Assembly: GCA_032718475.1 (NCBI GenBank)
Contig: JAUCBJ010000290.1
Coordinates: forward strand, 1-51,425
Origin: Nemertoderma westbladi
Taxonomy: Eukaryota; Animalia; Xenacoelomorpha
Reading direction: 5' to 3'
DNA length: 51,425 nt
Shown piece after piece: positions 48,001 through 51,425 of the stretch; position 1 is the first letter of the stretch, and each line of letters opens with the position of its first letter. The notes under the pieces are model-generated. The model was not told the DNA's origin. It made no database searches and saw only the letters and a list, made by a program, of their open reading frames with translations. The translations under genes were made by a program, and so were the position numbers.

Positions 48001-49318
48001 GTTCCGTAACGTTGATAGTCTGTTCAAGGACTGCACTCTGACCAAGCTCAGCTTAAGAGACTCAGCTGCTGAGAAGTTGGACAGCACTGGATTCGCCATT
48101 TTTAAGGACGTGTGTATACAGAACTTACATTCATCTGTTATACAAAGACCCCGAATCCCCACAGGTTATTCTATCGTGGAAGTTCAAACAGTGGGTTCGC
48201 TTGAGGAGACAGCTACACCTACCTCAGCTATGCAATTGGAAGATGAACCAATTTGCTTAGAGTCCGAGGAGATTCAACCCACAGCTCCCAGGAGCAGTGA
48301 CAACAACTACATTCTGGAATGGTATCAAGGTTCACAATGTCTCACCGCATACGACTATCGGCATGCCAATTATGTTTCTAGGAAACATTGCTGATTATGC
48401 TCCTCACAAGATCACTTCACCCCGGTGGACTCCAGCGTACCCTGCTCCTACTTTAAAGATCAACCTTCCATGGAGATCTATTGCGCGTATTGTAGACTCA
48501 ATAACCTACACATATTCGCAGTCTGTCCTCAATTTATGACTCAATGTCATCATTGCCAGTTTAAAGGAAACGCAAGTTTCGATTGCCCTTTCAACCGAGA
48601 TCTAGAAAGCGTAGACGAAATGGTTGCCCTGCGTTATATTCGAGCCTGGGAAACTAACGCGGATCTCCATTGCGAATCACGTCATCGATACTACCCTGGA
48701 CATGCCTATGAAGGAGTCTATGCATTTCACCCATATCTCTTTGCTTCCGTTGAGCAAAAATCTCGCACCCCTAGCTACGAGCTAATGAAGCGTGTTGGCG
48801 AGAATATTTCAACTAAATTTGTTCGCAAGTACCTTAGGAATATTAATCCTAACGACCTTAATTCCTATAACTTGATCAACTTCATCCGTTAAGATCCGGA
48901 ATATGGTGACTTGTTCGTAAACTCGCATCCAGAGCTACAAGAAGTTCATAGACGACCCTATGAATATAGAGCCCGAGAACGCGAGTTGGAAAGAACCATC
49001 AAACCGAGGAAATTTCTCACTACTCACGGTCCACCTACCGCTCTCGTGCAAATGACTCGTCAGGGACCAGTAAGAGCTGCTGTCCTGAAACGCGCTCTAA
49101 AGGTCGTTCGACCTCGTTCTACTGAGGTTGATATCGATCAACCGGGTACCTCGACCGGCGGATACACCGACCGTAATCCGAAACCTTCTGATGCAATTGT
49201 ATTGCACCCCTCACCCAGGAGTTATAGCCCTCCTAGTAAAGTGGCTCGCCCCAAAGAGAAAAAGACTCTTACTAGCCTCAAAAAACTTCGTAAACGCCGT
49301 TCACGAAAGAAGGACTAA
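45058..49318 (+). pseudogene. Disrupted accessory ORF of the outer element: DEDDy-like exonuclease plus three zinc knuckles (about 1400 codons)
   Basis: 46796-48394, 48425-48892 and 48911-49318 are one frame broken by TGA and TAA. 45711-46343 and 46425-46802 are one frame broken by two TGA. Motifs: TYDNEG; LPQPVLEMLFDERILKIGSAVYGD; FIDTQ; PL...AIYTIFE; C*LCSSQDH..C, CAYCRLNNLH...C and CHHCQFKGN...C. Homologous by eye to 36488-39037. Confidence 0.8.
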
Positions 49319-49396
49319 TAGTTTAGAGTATTTTTGTATTTTAGAAACTGTGATTTTTTATATTTTATAGACTTAAATCCCATTTTCTGGGAGCGG

Positions 49397-50548
49397 TGTA
49401 AAAGCTTTTGCGGACATAACAAGTCATTTTTACGCAATGCGCAGAATACTCTAAAATAGCCCTAAATTTGTCCAACTACGCGACGGAAGGAATTAGAGCC
49501 AGGATGACGAAATCTGTCAGCTGATTCTTTGTGGACGTGGAGTTTCTTTGTTCTGCCTTATTCAGCCAATCAGAGCAATTTTCACTTTATGTCTAACAGA
49601 AACCTATGGAAACTCGCGCAATGCATTACGGTCTTTGTTTACTATTTTCTGAGCATCAGAGCCAGCTCGGAATTTTCTGTGCTTCTGTGTGGAAGTTTCA
49701 GACTTTGGCCTAGGAACATCAGATGGCCTTGATTATAAGAACGTAAATCTATTAACTTGAATCACTTGTCATTACTTATCATACTCATCACTGAACATTT
49801 ACTTTACTATAGTAACACATACTGACTGTTCACCGCATTATTTTACTTCTGTTTTATGTATTAATTGTTGTTATATTAATGGATATTGCTGTTATATTTG
49901 GAGAATACCGATAAATAATCATAAACCCCTCAATCTTATTGATTACTGAGGTAAGAGGAACAGAGTTTACCGGTAGCAACTGCGACTTAAATTATAGTGG
50001 TTTTGTGTGAATTAAATGCTATTTCATAATCCCTACGTGTGTCAGTTGCGATCCTCCTTATATATGATCAAATTCAGTGACGGTCGGCAGATTAGTGCGA
50101 ACTAGTGTAAAGTAGTGTGAAGTAGTGTGAAGTCGTGTGAAGTAGTGTGAAGGTTAATAAAGCATCTCCTAAAGAATGCGCTATTTACGAAACTCTGTGG
50201 CCATCTAGTTGTGATTAGTATAAGTCATAACTCTGTTTTTATACTTAAAGCGCCACGTCCTAAAGGAACTGTTAATATTTCCCCGAAAGTAAATATATTT
50301 GTCAGAGATTATATAGTAGCGATCAATCGAATAATACAGTAGGTCTACACTGCAATAACTCTCAAGGAATCCGAATCCAGTCTCCCACACCGTGGGTCAT
50401 ACGCCGCGCACGGACTGGCTTCGGCTGATGTAACTTCAGTACACCAGGTAATTGGTAAAGGCTAGAGTCGATTTATAAACAAGAGGACAACTAAAATTGG
50501 CAGGTTAAACTGCTAAAGGTCTGAAAGCGCGAACATTTAGTTTACACA
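49397..50548 (+). repeat. Putative 3' LTR of the outer element (end uncertain)
   Basis: Purine-rich gggagcgg followed by TGT at 49397, ~80 bp after the accessory ORF stop. CCAAT box (~49564), tataaga (~49734) and aataaa (~50156). There is no partner LTR in the window, so the right boundary is a guess. Confidence 0.4.
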
Positions 50549-51425
50549 ATTGTACCCTACCCCCCCCCCCCCCCCCCCCCCACCCCACCCCCGTCAGTGC
50601 TTTACTGCGTGGGTGGTTCTCTCCAGGTGCTTTCGTAATGTTGCCTAGCAATAATTTGATAAAGGTACCGTAAATAGTCTGACAGGGCGGGAAATTTAAA
50701 AACAGTTAATGCTACCTTGATTTGGATGTTTATTTATTGGCTGACCTACAGACATTATACATTTAGCTCAAGAGTGCTGCTGCCTGCAGTAGGGCGTACC
50801 GGTAGCCATCTGACACAGTTTACTCTGGTCTCTCGCTGTTTCACGAACTTGGAAGAGATGAGCATCATAAAGAGCTGAGCTGCGTTGGTACAGGGGGAAT
50901 ACCCCCCACGTTGTAAAGATAAGAGGCGTGGACATACCGAGTTCGACATCCCGGAGACCAATGCGGTGTGGGTGGTTGAAGATGAATACCTCTATGTTCT
51001 ATAAAACAGATAAACGCCTTTTGAACAGTAGCGATTCCCTAAAGAACGGAAACCGAGTCGTCCGACTGGATTGTTATTCGACGGGTGTGGACACACGGAT
51101 GAAAAACTCGACTTTGATCGGTTGTAGACGCGGATCGATGGCAACGTTATTGGCGACTTCCGTGGGTTGTGGCACTGGTGGAGACGAAATCACGGAGCTC
51201 GTTGGGGCGTATCGACGAATAACTGCCGGCAGGCGTGGGCCACTCCGACAAATACAGAAATATAATGGGAAATCTTTTCGCACAGGCGTAACGGTAGAAC
51301 GGTAGGGGAAGCGACTCTTAATGTCACCAATAAACGGATACATAGCGCGTCACGAAATTCACAATGAATTGCTGCAACTGGGCAACAAACTCGTCAGACC
51401 CCCCCCCCCCCCCCCCCACCCCACA

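Noticed and set aside
50755-51343. GC-richer stretch with 68-125 aa ORFs
   Set aside because: No frame gives a recognisable protein; possibly a decayed coding fragment, but unsupported.

Overview
Repeat-rich animal (invertebrate-type) genomic DNA, not prokaryotic. 1-9176 is a 26/34-bp satellite array that lies in an intron of a minus-strand kindlin (fermitin, FERMT family) gene; its first three coding exons are at 16135-15979, 14567-14334 and 10786-10312. 16.4-22.8 kb holds small repeats: a perfect palindrome, a hAT-like non-autonomous element, an inverted pair of ~300-bp elements and an RTE-like LINE 3' fragment. From ~22.8 kb to ~50 kb there are two nested BEL/Pao LTR retrotransposons. The inner one is young and has both LTRs (26036-40287; ACTGG target duplication). 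It sits in the protease region of an older, decayed element that has lost its RT. The main finding is that both divergent elements carry, between integrase and the 3' end, an extra sense-strand ORF that is not env-like. It encodes a DnaQ/DEDDy-like 3'-5' exonuclease fold (WRN-exo/EXD/Mut-7 type motifs) followed by three CCHC zinc knuckles and a shared downstream motif. The inner element also lacks a tRNA-type PBS and instead has a 9-nt complement inside its own LTR, a geometry that suggests self-priming. All domain calls are by-eye motif recognition; no database searches were run.
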